A stretch of 39,511 nucleotides of DNA from a bacterium (GTDB lineage Bacteria; Babelota; Babeliae; Babelales; JABDEC01), in NCBI GenBank assembly GCA_947481115.1, contig CANKEI010000002.1, positions 1-39,511 of the forward strand, given 5' to 3'. The position numbers were made by a program, and so were the translations under genes. The notes under the pieces are model-generated. The model was given only the letters and a program-made list of their open reading frames with translations, did not search any database and was not told where the DNA came from. Numbering within the stretch: the stretch's first letter is position 1; the number at the start of each line of letters is the position of its first letter. This document shows positions 1 to 9,239 of this stretch, one piece after another.

Positions 1-31
1 TAAACCATAATTAGCGTAATGAGTCAATGTT

Positions 32-2500
32 ATGAAATTATCGATCGCCTGGATTTTTGAGCATATTAAAGCTGTTGATTGGCATAAAATTAATCTAGCA
101 GAATTAGTAGCTAAATTTAATCAAATCACCGCTGAAATTGAGAATTGCGAGAGTTTAAAGTTAAGCCTCGAGAATTTTACCATAGTCGAAATATTAACTG
201 AAAATAGATTTTTTAGCGCAGAGTTAAGTTTAGATTTAGAATTGCCAGCGCGAACTCAGCTTAAAGTTGGCGAATTATATTTAGCTTGTAAAAATATTTC
301 TAGTAGTAGTAGCGCTAATCACAGCACTAATAATATTGGTAATAATAAATATAAATGGGCTAGCTTAACTGATCTTGGTAGCACTAAAGATGGTTTATTA
401 ACCCCTGTCAGTTGCGCAATAGAATTGCGTGCTGGTCTCTGGAAAGCTAAAATCATTTGGCAAGATGCGATTTTAGAAATTGATAATAAGTCGATTACGC
501 ATCGGCCAGATTTATGGGGTCATCGTGGTATTGCCCGTGAAATTGCAGCGATTTATGATTTTGAGCTAAAAGATATCAACGAATTTATAAATAAAATCCC
601 AGTGCTCCAAAATTTAAAAAACTCAAAGCAAGAAAAATTAAATTTTGGGTGCCAGAAGTTTAGTAGTTATCTAATAACTCACACTGAGAATCCGGCCACT
701 GATTTATTTCAAGCATTTATGTTAGCCAGACTAGATCAGAAGCCGATTAGATTACTAGTCGATTTAACCAACTATGTCATGCTCGATTTAGGGCAGCCGA
801 TGCACGTTTTTGATGCTGATAAGCTAGTTTCCAATAGTGTTGGTGTGCGTTATGCCCACGCTGGCGAGCAATTAGAATTATTAGATGACCAAAAGATTAA
901 TTTACTGCACTCTGATTTAGTAATTACATCTGGCGATCAGCCGGTATCGTTAGCGGCAATTATGGGTGGTAAAAATTCTGGAATTAGCGAGATAACTAAC
1001 AGTATATTATTAGAGGCGGCCAATTTTGAAGCTGGTGTAATTAGACGCACAGCGGTGCGCTTAAAGTTGCGCACTGAAGCATCTACTAGATTTGAAAAGA
1101 GTTTAGATCCGGCGCAAACTGAGTTAGCCATTGAAAGATATGTAAAATTATTAATAGATCTAAATGTTAATTATCAAGCCGCTAAATTTATTAATTCTAG
1201 TAATAATAGTTTTAATAATAATAATTCTACTGAACCTAAAGACGCTACAAGCTGTCCAGACCGAGTGCTTAAAGTCACGCATGATTTTATTGAACAGCGT
1301 TTGGGGATTACGCTTAAGCCAGAATTCGTGCAAGCAACTTTAACCAAGTTGGGCTTTGGTGTAACCCAAGAACTTATGCCAGAATTAGCTGATAAAGATT
1401 CTAAGAGTGCGCTGCTATATATTATCTCAGTGCCTAGTTATCGGGTAAGTAAAGATATCAGCTTGCCGGAAGACATTGTCGAAGAAGTCGGCCGTTTTTA
1501 TGGCTATAGCAATATTCCAGCACAGTTGCCAGCGAAAGCACTAATCCCGTTTAATAATCAGCGGGTTTATAATTTACGTAAAATTAAACAACTATTAGCA
1601 ACTACGGGCCAGATGCACGAAGTTAATAATTATCCATTTTTTGATGAACAGTTTTTGCGTGAATTACAATGGTTGCCTGCGGATAAAACTTATATTCAAG
1701 TCGATAATCCAGTTTCAGAAAACTGGTGTCGTTTAGTTACATCATTGGTGCCGCACTTAATTAAAAGTGCTTATCAAAACTTAAATACTGGCGTAGATCA
1801 GCTTAATTTTTTTGAGTGCAATAAAACTTGGATCTTAGAAACTCCGCAAAAAGCACAAGAAAGTTTCAGTTTAGCTGGCATAATAGCTACTACTAAAATT
1901 AATCGCAAAAATATTAATCATAATAATTTTTACGAGCTTAAAAATATTTTCACCCAGTTGTTTAAACTTTTAAAGTTAGAAATTAATTGGGAATTGGTTT
2001 TAGCAAGTGAATTAAATAGTTTGCCAGCTTGGTATGATCCAGCTCAAACTGTGGTGCTAGTGCATAAAGTTAATAATAATAATTATAAAATTGGCTTAGT
2101 TGGTAAGTTAGTCCCAGAATTTTGGGCTAAGCTCTCTGATACAGAGCTAGAAGGCTTAGTTTTCGAGTTAAATTTAGATTATTTATTAGATTATAATGCG
2201 CCGGCTGAAAAGTTTGTGCCGATATCTAAATATCAAATAAATTATTTGGATGTGACAGTTTTGGTTGCGCCAAAATTAACTCTGGCCCAATTAACCGAGG
2301 TCATTAAAGTTGCGCATAGTTTAATTCAGTCAGTTGAATTAATCGATAGTTTTACCAAACCAGAATGGCAGGGGCAACGGGCATTAACATTTAGATATAA
2401 ATTTGTTGATCCTCAAAAAACTTTAGTTAAAGCTGAAATTGAGCAGATTCAAGCGCAAGTTGTCGGGGCGCTAAAAAATCTGGGTGTTGAGATTAGATAG
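32..2500 (+). CDS. pheT: phenylalanine--tRNA ligase beta subunit
   Basis: 822-aa ORF with PheT-type core motifs ([35 protein letters not shown]) and a C-terminal anticodon-binding-like domain. Contains Asn/Ser-rich low-complexity inserts. Confidence 0.9.
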   Translation: MKLSIAWIFEHIKAVDWHKINLAELVAKFNQITAEIENCESLKLSLENFTIVEILTENRFFSAELSLDLELPARTQLKVGELYLACKNISSSSSANHSTNNIGNNKYKWASLTDLGSTKDGLLTPVSCAIELRAGLWKAKIIWQDAILEIDNKSITHRPDLWGHRGIAREIAAIYDFELKDINEFINKIPVLQNLKNSKQEKLNFGCQKFSSYLITHTENPATDLFQAFMLARLDQKPIRLLVDLTNYVMLDLGQPMHVFDADKLVSNSVGVRYAHAGEQLELLDDQKINLLHSDLVITSGDQPVSLAAIMGGKNSGISEITNSILLEAANFEAGVIRRTAVRLKLRTEASTRFEKSLDPAQTELAIERYVKLLIDLNVNYQAAKFINSSNNSFNNNNSTEPKDATSCPDRVLKVTHDFIEQRLGITLKPEFVQATLTKLGFGVTQELMPELADKDSKSALLYIISVPSYRVSKDISLPEDIVEEVGRFYGYSNIPAQLPAKALIPFNNQRVYNLRKIKQLLATTGQMHEVNNYPFFDEQFLRELQWLPADKTYIQVDNPVSENWCRLVTSLVPHLIKSAYQNLNTGVDQLNFFECNKTWILETPQKAQESFSLAGIIATTKINRKNINHNNFYELKNIFTQLFKLLKLEINWELVLASELNSLPAWYDPAQTVVLVHKVNNNNYKIGLVGKLVPEFWAKLSDTELEGLVFELNLDYLLDYNAPAEKFVPISKYQINYLDVTVLVAPKLTLAQLTEVIKVAHSLIQSVELIDSFTKPEWQGQRALTFRYKFVDPQKTLVKAEIEQIQAQVVGALKNLGVEIR

Positions 2501-2504
2501 TTAT

Positions 2505-2561
2505 GCTCGCAACATCCCTTGATTTCACTCCAGACTTTGCTAAAGCTACGCTGAGAGCGAG
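2505..2561 (-). repeat. degenerate copy of the GC-rich palindromic repeat family (outer terminus GCTCGCAACATCCC)
   Basis: The first 14 nt are identical to the terminus of the 14508-14565 copy. The remainder is diverged (..ACGCTGAGAGCGAG). It forms an inverted pair with 2657-2691. Confidence 0.45.
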
Positions 2562-2634
2562 AAATTATTTTTTTAAAAAAAATTACGAAAAAGTTCTAAC
2601 ATGCAATTGCTTATAAGAGTGCCTGGGAAATTTC

Positions 2635-3615
2635 ATGAGATTAAATAATCTATCTCCCGCTCGTCCCGAGCGCAGTCGAGGGATGTTGTGGGCACAGCTT
2701 TTACTGGCGCTATTATTACTCAGTTCAGATCAAGCAACTAAATTCTGGGCAGTTAAATATTTAGTTAATATTATGCCAGTATTTAATTTTTTAAATTTGA
2801 TCAAGCTCGATTTAGAGCTAGCTTTTAATCAGGGTGTTAGTTGGGGTTTATTTAGCGCGCATAATTTAATGGCACGATTAAGTTTAATAGCGGCAATTTC
2901 AGTTATTTTAATTTATTTGATTTTTTATACTAAGCAGAGATTGCGGGCTGGCAAAACTATTTTAGCTGAAAGCTTAATTATTGCTGGCGCAATTTCTAAT
3001 TTAATTGATCGTTTATATTATGGTGCGGTAATCGATTTCATACACGTTAGTTTTAAATTTAATAATTTAAATTGGGACTTTCCCATTTTTAATTTAGCTG
3101 ATGTGGGAATTTTTATCGGTGTTTGTTGTATGTTATTTAGGGAGTATTATCCTGAAAAAAATAATCTTTTTTGTAAAAATTTAGCTACTTTAGGTGATTT
3201 GGGTAATTGGCAAGCGCCGGGAACTTGGGGAACATTAGCAGCTGTACCAGTGGTGTTTTTAGCTAGGCAATATTGTAATAATTTAATTTATTTAGGTTTA
3301 GTTATTACGGTAATAATTAGTGCGTATTTAATTATTTATAAATCTAGTAATTATTTCCCAGTTTCTGATGATCAAACAATTATCATCGATGAATTTGCAG
3401 GATTCTGGTGTTGTTTTATTATTACCTGCAAATTTAGTTTACTAGTCTTAGTTTTAAATTTTTTAATTTTTAGATTTTTTGATATTTCTAAAATTTGGCC
3501 CGTCAATTTAGCTGAAAAATTACCAGGAGCACTAGGCGTTTTAGCAGATGATCTAGTCGCAGGCTTATTAACAAATCTTAGTTGGGTGATTTGTGTTAAA
3601 TATATTTTCTGCTAA
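2635..3615 (+). CDS. lspA: fusion protein: lipoprotein signal peptidase II (LspA) N-terminal half plus phosphatidylglycerophosphatase A (PgpA) C-terminal half
   Basis: The N-terminal half has LspA motifs (DQATKFWA, FNQGVSWGLF, ISNLIDRLYYGAVIDFI, FNLADVGIFIG). The C-terminal half has PgpA motifs (PGTWGTLAAVPV, IIIDEFAGFW, FRFFDISKIWP, GVLADDLVAGL). The true start may be ATG 2683 (MLWAQLLL..), which lies inside the repeat. Confidence 0.85.
   Translation: MRLNNLSPARPERSRGMLWAQLLLALLLLSSDQATKFWAVKYLVNIMPVFNFLNLIKLDLELAFNQGVSWGLFSAHNLMARLSLIAAISVILIYLIFYTKQRLRAGKTILAESLIIAGAISNLIDRLYYGAVIDFIHVSFKFNNLNWDFPIFNLADVGIFIGVCCMLFREYYPEKNNLFCKNLATLGDLGNWQAPGTWGTLAAVPVVFLARQYCNNLIYLGLVITVIISAYLIIYKSSNYFPVSDDQTIIIDEFAGFWCCFIITCKFSLLVLVLNFLIFRFFDISKIWPVNLAEKLPGALGVLADDLVAGLLTNLSWVICVKYIFC
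2657..2691 (+). repeat. short variant of the GC-rich palindromic repeat family
   Basis: CCGCTCGTCCCGAGCGCAGTCGAGGGATGTTGTGG. It equals the long copy minus an internal 16-nt segment and a shorter G run. It overlaps the 5' end of the lspA-pgpA ORF. Confidence 0.75.
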
Positions 3616-4336
3616 TTATTTTAATTTAAAATTTATGCAGAAAATTATGCAGCCCATTTTGGCGCCTGCTTACTGCGAAAGCTGCTATCGACCAGTTGTA
3701 CCTGAACAATTTTTTTGTGCAGATTGCGCTAGATTAATTTTACCAGTCGCAAATCTTGATTTAAAAGTTAACAGTAAATATAGTGCTCCTGTGTTAGCAA
3801 TTTCGAACTATGCAGACCCACTCAAAAAATTAATTTTAGCTAAAAATGGCGGTAATCGTTTGGCCAGTAAGCAGTTAGCGCAGTTAATTTGGGAGCAAAC
3901 TAGCTTACGATATCTAGAAATAGATTATGTTATACCAGTGCCATTACATTGGACCAGATTAGTCACTAGGGGCTTTAATCAAGCAGAAATTATTGCTGAA
4001 AATTTAGTTGAATATAAGCAAGCTTTTGACCAAGAAAGATTGGCTAGTCTAAAAAGTAATCCTGCAAATAAATCTGTCCAAGTTGCCCATTTGCTTAAGC
4101 GTTCTAAGCGTACTAATTATCAAGCTGAGTTAAAAACTGTAGCCAGATGGCAAAATGTGCAGACTGCTTTTAGCTTAAATACTGAGCTGTTAGCTAATCA
4201 TATTTTTGCTAATAAAAATTTAGTTTTAGTTGACGATCTAATGACCACTGGGGCAACTGTAATTAGTGTGGCTAAGTTATTAGCTACGTTAAAACCTAAA
4301 TCTATTACAGTAGTTGTTGCTTGCCGGGTAGTATAA
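3593..4336 (+). CDS. comF: ComF-family phosphoribosyltransferase-domain protein
   Basis: N-terminal Cys pairs (CESC..CADC) and a C-terminal PRTase motif (LVLVDDLMTTGATV). The start is ambiguous: GTG 3593, ATG 3635 or ATG 3647. Confidence 0.75.
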   Translation: MLNIFSANYFNLKFMQKIMQPILAPAYCESCYRPVVPEQFFCADCARLILPVANLDLKVNSKYSAPVLAISNYADPLKKLILAKNGGNRLASKQLAQLIWEQTSLRYLEIDYVIPVPLHWTRLVTRGFNQAEIIAENLVEYKQAFDQERLASLKSNPANKSVQVAHLLKRSKRTNYQAELKTVARWQNVQTAFSLNTELLANHIFANKNLVLVDDLMTTGATVISVAKLLATLKPKSITVVVACRVV

Positions 4337-4365
4337 ATACAGAAATTTAAATTAGGAGTTTATGT

Positions 4366-5568
4366 ATGTTCAGATTGCCACTTGGGCTGAGTACTTTTGC
4401 TAAAATTCGTAAAGCTAGTTATTTATATATCGATAAAACTGAGCATGCTTATAATTTAATTACGCAAGGGCATCGTTATTTTCTTTCTAGGCCCCGTAGA
4501 TTTGGTAAATCTTTATTAGTATCGACATTAAAAGAAATTTTAGCAGGCAATCAAAGTTTATTTACAGATCTATGGATTTCCAGAAGTAACTATCAATGGC
4601 AACCACATGGAATCGTGATGCTCGATTTGTCTGCCATTACGGTAACTAATGTTGAAGATTTGCGTAGTGGCTTGTGTGCTTTATTGCAAGATATTGCAGA
4701 TGATTATAAGTTAAATTTAAAGTTAAATAGTGCCAAGCCAGACATTGCATTAAGAGCATTAGTTAGGGCGCTAGCTGCTAAATTTGGCCATGTAGCAGTT
4801 TTAATCGATGAGTATGATAGTCCGATTTTACAAGTCTTACACAAGCCGCAGCAAGCTCAAATTGTACGTGATGCAATTCGTAGTTTTTTCACCATAATCA
4901 AAAGTTTAGATGCGCTAGTTGATTTTGTGTTTATTACTGGCGTTAGCTCATTTGCTAAAGCAGGTTTATTTTCTGGGATTAATAATTTGCGAATTCTCAC
5001 CATGGATCACAGGTGGGCTACGATTTGCGGCTATACTGATAGCGAAGTTGATAATTATTTAAAATCACAGCTACAAGCTTGGGCTATTGCTAAAAATATT
5101 ACGTATGAACAGTTAAGACAGCAGGTTAAATATTGGTATAATGGATACCGTTTTTGTGCAGATAGTATTACTGTTTATAATCCATTTTCGCTTATGAACG
5201 CTCTAGATCTACAAGAATTTAAAAATTTTTGGTTGCAATCTGGCACGCCAGCTTTTTTAGTGGCTGAATTGGCCAAAAAATATCGTCAATCAGAGCATGA
5301 AATTTTAAACTTAGAGCATTTTGAGACTACGGAAGATGCCTTAGGTATCTTTGAAATTAGTGCTATGCCATTAACGGCTTTAATGTTTCAAACAGGTTAT
5401 TTGACGATTACAGCTTATGATAGTGAAAAAAGAGCTTTCCAATTGGGGTATCCCAATTTTGAAGTTCGCACGGCCCTGCAAAAATATTTATTGGGCGTAT
5501 ATGCTAACTTAGAACTTACAGAGGCTGAGAGCTTTGCCTTAAAGCTATATTCGGCACTTAAGAAGTAG
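4366..5568 (+). CDS. AAA-ATPase-like domain protein, apparently truncated before its PD-(D/E)XK nuclease-like domain
   Basis: The N-terminus (GLSTFAKIRKASYLYIDKTE..FLSRPRRFGKSLL, VLIDEYD) resembles the predicted AAA-ATPase-like family that normally carries a C-terminal PD-(D/E)XK domain. The ORF stops at 400 aa. Confidence 0.6.
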   Translation: MFRLPLGLSTFAKIRKASYLYIDKTEHAYNLITQGHRYFLSRPRRFGKSLLVSTLKEILAGNQSLFTDLWISRSNYQWQPHGIVMLDLSAITVTNVEDLRSGLCALLQDIADDYKLNLKLNSAKPDIALRALVRALAAKFGHVAVLIDEYDSPILQVLHKPQQAQIVRDAIRSFFTIIKSLDALVDFVFITGVSSFAKAGLFSGINNLRILTMDHRWATICGYTDSEVDNYLKSQLQAWAIAKNITYEQLRQQVKYWYNGYRFCADSITVYNPFSLMNALDLQEFKNFWLQSGTPAFLVAELAKKYRQSEHEILNLEHFETTEDALGIFEISAMPLTALMFQTGYLTITAYDSEKRAFQLGYPNFEVRTALQKYLLGVYANLELTEAESFALKLYSALKK

Positions 5569-5711
5569 CTTTACAGCAGATTGAAGATCGTAAATATTAT
5601 GAAGTTTTGCAGTATCAGCGCAAACCAATAGTTTTGTTGGGTTTAGCTTTTCAACGTAAAGAAAAATTTTTTGATATCGAATATTTAGCTAAAGTGATCG
5701 ATGTTGTTTGA
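5568..5711 (+). pseudogene. out-of-frame C-terminal remnant of the preceding AAA-ATPase-like/PD-(D/E)XK gene
   Basis: A different frame reads ALQQIEDRKYYEVLQYQRKPIVLLGLAFQRKEKFFDIEYLAKVIDVV*. This resembles the usual C-terminal tail of that family. The catalytic core between the ORF end and the tail is missing. Confidence 0.5.
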
Positions 5712-5798
5712 AACCAGCTTTAAACTTATTTTTGCTTGTGCTAATATGTTGAAAATCTGTTTGTTAAATAATCTCTAGTTTCAGCGAGAAGCGAATAT

Positions 5799-7082
5799 AT
5801 GAAGCCTGTTTGCCAAATTCAAATCAAAAACCAAAATAAAGTTATAAATAAGTTTAGCTTAGTTGCACTACTATTAATTTTAAGCTCTTCAGTGGGCGAA
5901 TTACTAGCTAAGAAAAATAAACAGCAATTAGTAACTACTAAACAAAATAATTCTAAAGTAAACACAGCTAGTACTACTAAAGCTGCTAAATCACAAGTTC
6001 AGGCTATTCCAGAAGAAAAATTAGCAGCAGATACAAATGCTAACACAATAACAGCAAGTTCTGATAAGTCAGATCATGCTAGTTCACCAGCTGGTACTAA
6101 TAATTCCGTTAGTTCAGGTGACGATACGGTTTTATTATCTATGGCGGGTAAGCCAGTTTTAACGGTCAAAGAGTTCGATGAATTTCTAGCTGAAGTAGTT
6201 AGTAACGATCCGCAGATTGGCTTTGTTTTACAATATGACCCAATTCGCGTGAAAGAAGGGTTATTCGAAAATAAAGTTCAGTTGATGATCATGGGCGAGT
6301 GGGCTAAAACTAGTGGCATTCGCAATACTGAAAAATATCAAGCTGAAGAGCAAAAAAAATTAGAACAAATTCGTTTAATGTTAGATGTACAAATCTTTAT
6401 TCAAGATCATAAGGTCGAAGTAACCGAGGCTGACCTGAAAGAATATTATGAGAAAAATAAAAACACTGATCGTCGTTTATTATTATCGCCAGCTGGTATC
6501 GAAGCCAAAGCCGTCCGTTTTGAGAAAGAACAGCAAGCTAAAGCAAATGAATTTGCCCATAAGTTAAAAACTAATTCCAAAGAGACGCTAGAAAATTTAG
6601 CTAAAGCTAGTGATCTAGATGTTAGTAATTTGGGTATTATTAATGATGATAGTACTAATGTAATGCCAGAAATTAAAAGTGCGATTTTAGCAGTCCAAAA
6701 GTTTCCACATGTGGCAGTTGTGAAATGTGAAGATGATTATTGGGTGATCAACGTCACTGGTAAAGTAGCTGTCAAATATCGTCCATTAGAGCAAGTGCAA
6801 GATGGTTTACGTGAACTGTTATTACCAGAAAAAACTAAGCAAATGATCGATGTTGAACTGCCTAAATTAGCGCAGAAATTCAAAATCGTAGAAAATAAGC
6901 AATATTTTGAAGAATTAAAAAAACAGCAAGCCGCCAAAGTAGGGCAAGCAGAGATGATTGATTTAACCGAAGATCTTGATGGGCTAGATAGTAATATAGA
7001 TAATGCCAATGAGTTTGATGATATTGGCGAGCTAGATGGCAATGGTTTGTTGGAAGATATCGAACTAGAAGTGCAACAGTAA
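5799..7082 (+). CDS. secreted SurA/PpiD-like periplasmic chaperone-like protein with an acidic C-terminal tail
   Basis: Hydrophobic leader, Ser/Thr/Asn-rich linker, SurA_N-like segment (GKPVLTVKEFDEFL), a degenerate parvulin-like region, and a C-terminal D/E-rich tail. Assignment is by pattern only. Confidence 0.4.
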   Translation: MKPVCQIQIKNQNKVINKFSLVALLLILSSSVGELLAKKNKQQLVTTKQNNSKVNTASTTKAAKSQVQAIPEEKLAADTNANTITASSDKSDHASSPAGTNNSVSSGDDTVLLSMAGKPVLTVKEFDEFLAEVVSNDPQIGFVLQYDPIRVKEGLFENKVQLMIMGEWAKTSGIRNTEKYQAEEQKKLEQIRLMLDVQIFIQDHKVEVTEADLKEYYEKNKNTDRRLLLSPAGIEAKAVRFEKEQQAKANEFAHKLKTNSKETLENLAKASDLDVSNLGIINDDSTNVMPEIKSAILAVQKFPHVAVVKCEDDYWVINVTGKVAVKYRPLEQVQDGLRELLLPEKTKQMIDVELPKLAQKFKIVENKQYFEELKKQQAAKVGQAEMIDLTEDLDGLDSNIDNANEFDDIGELDGNGLLEDIELEVQQ

Positions 7083-7129
7083 TTTAGACACAGTAATTTA
7101 GATCATAAAAAATTAGAAAGCAGCAGCTG

Positions 7130-7978
7130 GTGTTAAATAAGAATTTATGGTGGCTTTGGTTATTTAGTTGCTCGAATTTAATAATTGGTGCGCAGCTAGT
7201 CGAACTAGATAAAATCGAAGCCGTAGTTAATGGGCAGCCCATCACGACTAAATATATCAGTCGAAGAGGTTATGATGGCGAAATTTACCAGCTGACTGAT
7301 TTAATTGATTTTTATTTGGCTGATCAGCTAGGCGAACGCTTAAAAGTTGATGTCACTGATGATATGATCAATCGCTATGTTCAGAATTTAGGGTTGACGC
7401 TGCAAGATCTGAGCAATGTTGCGACACATTGGGGCTATCCTGATATCAATGAATTTAAATTTGATCTAAAGATGATGTATCGCGGTAAAACAGCTATGCA
7501 ATATGAATTAGATGCTAAGATGGTAATCTCAGAAGAAGAAATCGCGCACTATTATAATGCCCATCCGATGACTACTGAAATACGCTATGTCATGCGAACA
7601 GCGTTCGTGTCCCAAGCAGATGATAAAGACGCTCAAGTGCAGCAAGCTGAGTTAGAGCAATTAGTGCAAAAATATAGTGAAAACTATGAGCGTTCAGCTT
7701 GGGATTGGGATCCAGTCGTGGAAGTTTTAGCAAGCGAGATTTCTGCTGGTAATAGCTTTTTGTTTAAGCTGGCGCCGGGCGAAATGTATGTTAAGCCGGT
7801 CCCTACAGGTTTCGATATTTTCGTGATGATGCAAGTTATTCCGGCTGGTGTAGTGCCATTGGAAAAACGGCGCAATGAAATTGTGAAAATATTAACTGAA
7901 CAACGTTATCCGGCGATCGTGGCAGCAGCTAAGCAAGAATTACGGGATCAAGCTGACATTGTATACCCAAATAGTTAG
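7130..7978 (+). CDS. secreted SurA-like chaperone-domain protein
   Basis: GTG start and signal-like N-terminus. Has a SurA_N-like segment (LDKIEAVVNGQPIT) and a degenerate parvulin-like C-terminus. Adjacent to a similar gene. Confidence 0.4.
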   Translation: MLNKNLWWLWLFSCSNLIIGAQLVELDKIEAVVNGQPITTKYISRRGYDGEIYQLTDLIDFYLADQLGERLKVDVTDDMINRYVQNLGLTLQDLSNVATHWGYPDINEFKFDLKMMYRGKTAMQYELDAKMVISEEEIAHYYNAHPMTTEIRYVMRTAFVSQADDKDAQVQQAELEQLVQKYSENYERSAWDWDPVVEVLASEISAGNSFLFKLAPGEMYVKPVPTGFDIFVMMQVIPAGVVPLEKRRNEIVKILTEQRYPAIVAAAKQELRDQADIVYPNS

Positions 7979-7997
7979 TTTTTAAGTGGGGGCGCAT

Positions 7998-9239
7998 ATG
8001 ATCACTTTTACACATACTGCGGACATTCATTTTGGGGTTGAAAATTATGGCCGCATCGATCCTAAAACTGGCATACACACTAGATTGCTAGATTTTCATA
8101 AAGCGCTGTCTTTTTGTATTGATTATACGATTGCTAATCAACATGACCTGTTTATTTTTGCGGGTGATGCTTATAAAACAGCTAACCCCAGCCCCACACA
8201 ACAAAAATTATTACTCCAATGTTTTTTAAAATTATACAAAGCTAATATTCCGGTAATTATTGTAGTCGGCAATCATGATAACCCCTTAAGTTTTGGCAAA
8301 GCTAATGCCCTAGATTTATTTAGTGATTTACCGGTAGATGGGTTTTATGTGATTAATAAACCTCAGAGTTTAAAAATCACAACTAAAAGTGGACCGGTGC
8401 AAATTGTGGGAATTCCATGGCCGACTCGCAACACAATTTCGATCTCTAATCGTTATATTTATCAATCAGCAGAAAAAATCACAGAACATATTGCCCAGTC
8501 TGTGGGCAATATAATTCAGCATTTAGCTAGTCAACTAGATCCCAGTTTGCCAGCTATTTTAACTGGCCACTTAACAGTTAGTTCAGGCATATTTTCGGGC
8601 TCAGAAAAGCGCGCAATTTATGGGACTGACCCAGTATTATTGCCTTCGCAATTAGCGATTGCGCCATTTGATTATGTAGCATTAGGGCATTTGCATAGAT
8701 ATCAAAATTTAAATTCAGAGCCAGGCGGTATCCCAATTGTTTATGCCGGCTCGATTGAACGGGTAGATTTTGGTGAACGCAAAGAAGACAAGGGTTTTTG
8801 TGTAGTCACTATCCCAGAAAAAATCCAAAACAAATTGCCTGTTACTTGTAAATTTATTACTACGCCGATGCGACCTATGATTCAGTTAGATATTGAGTTG
8901 CATGATCAAGCTGATCAAACAGAACAGATTTTGGCTAAGATTAAGCAAGTAGATTTGCGCGATGCGATTGTTAAAATTAAATATTATTTACCAGAAAATC
9001 TTAAAAGTAATTTAAATCTAAGGGCAATTACACAAGCTTGCGCCGCAGCAATGGAACTAGTCGGGGTATTTCCCGTGCAAAAAATTAGTTTGCGCCCAGC
9101 TCGTTCAGTAGCTAATTCTGAAATGGATTTAGCGCAGTTATTAAAAAATTATTTCACGGGTAAACAGTTGAGTGATGCTAAACAAGCTAGTTTGATCAGT
9201 AAAGCTTTAGATCTGCAAGATGATTTAAATAATCTTTAA
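7998..9239 (+). CDS. sbcD: SbcD/Mre11-family metallophosphoesterase nuclease
   Basis: Calcineurin-like phosphoesterase motifs in order (HTADIHFG, GDAYK, VVGNHD, GHLT, LGHLH). ATG 7998 is preceded by GTGGGGG; the ORF track starts at GTG 7986. Confidence 0.8.
   Translation: MITFTHTADIHFGVENYGRIDPKTGIHTRLLDFHKALSFCIDYTIANQHDLFIFAGDAYKTANPSPTQQKLLLQCFLKLYKANIPVIIVVGNHDNPLSFGKANALDLFSDLPVDGFYVINKPQSLKITTKSGPVQIVGIPWPTRNTISISNRYIYQSAEKITEHIAQSVGNIIQHLASQLDPSLPAILTGHLTVSSGIFSGSEKRAIYGTDPVLLPSQLAIAPFDYVALGHLHRYQNLNSEPGGIPIVYAGSIERVDFGERKEDKGFCVVTIPEKIQNKLPVTCKFITTPMRPMIQLDIELHDQADQTEQILAKIKQVDLRDAIVKIKYYLPENLKSNLNLRAITQACAAAMELVGVFPVQKISLRPARSVANSEMDLAQLLKNYFTGKQLSDAKQASLISKALDLQDDLNNL

Noticed and set aside
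1195-1245. Asn/Ser-rich low-complexity inserts in housekeeping proteins: Phe[13 protein letters not shown], GltX NTINNNNLNNY, and the GlmU-like tail.
   Set aside because: This is an expected by-product of AT-biased mutation pressure in reduced genomes, not a discrete feature or system.
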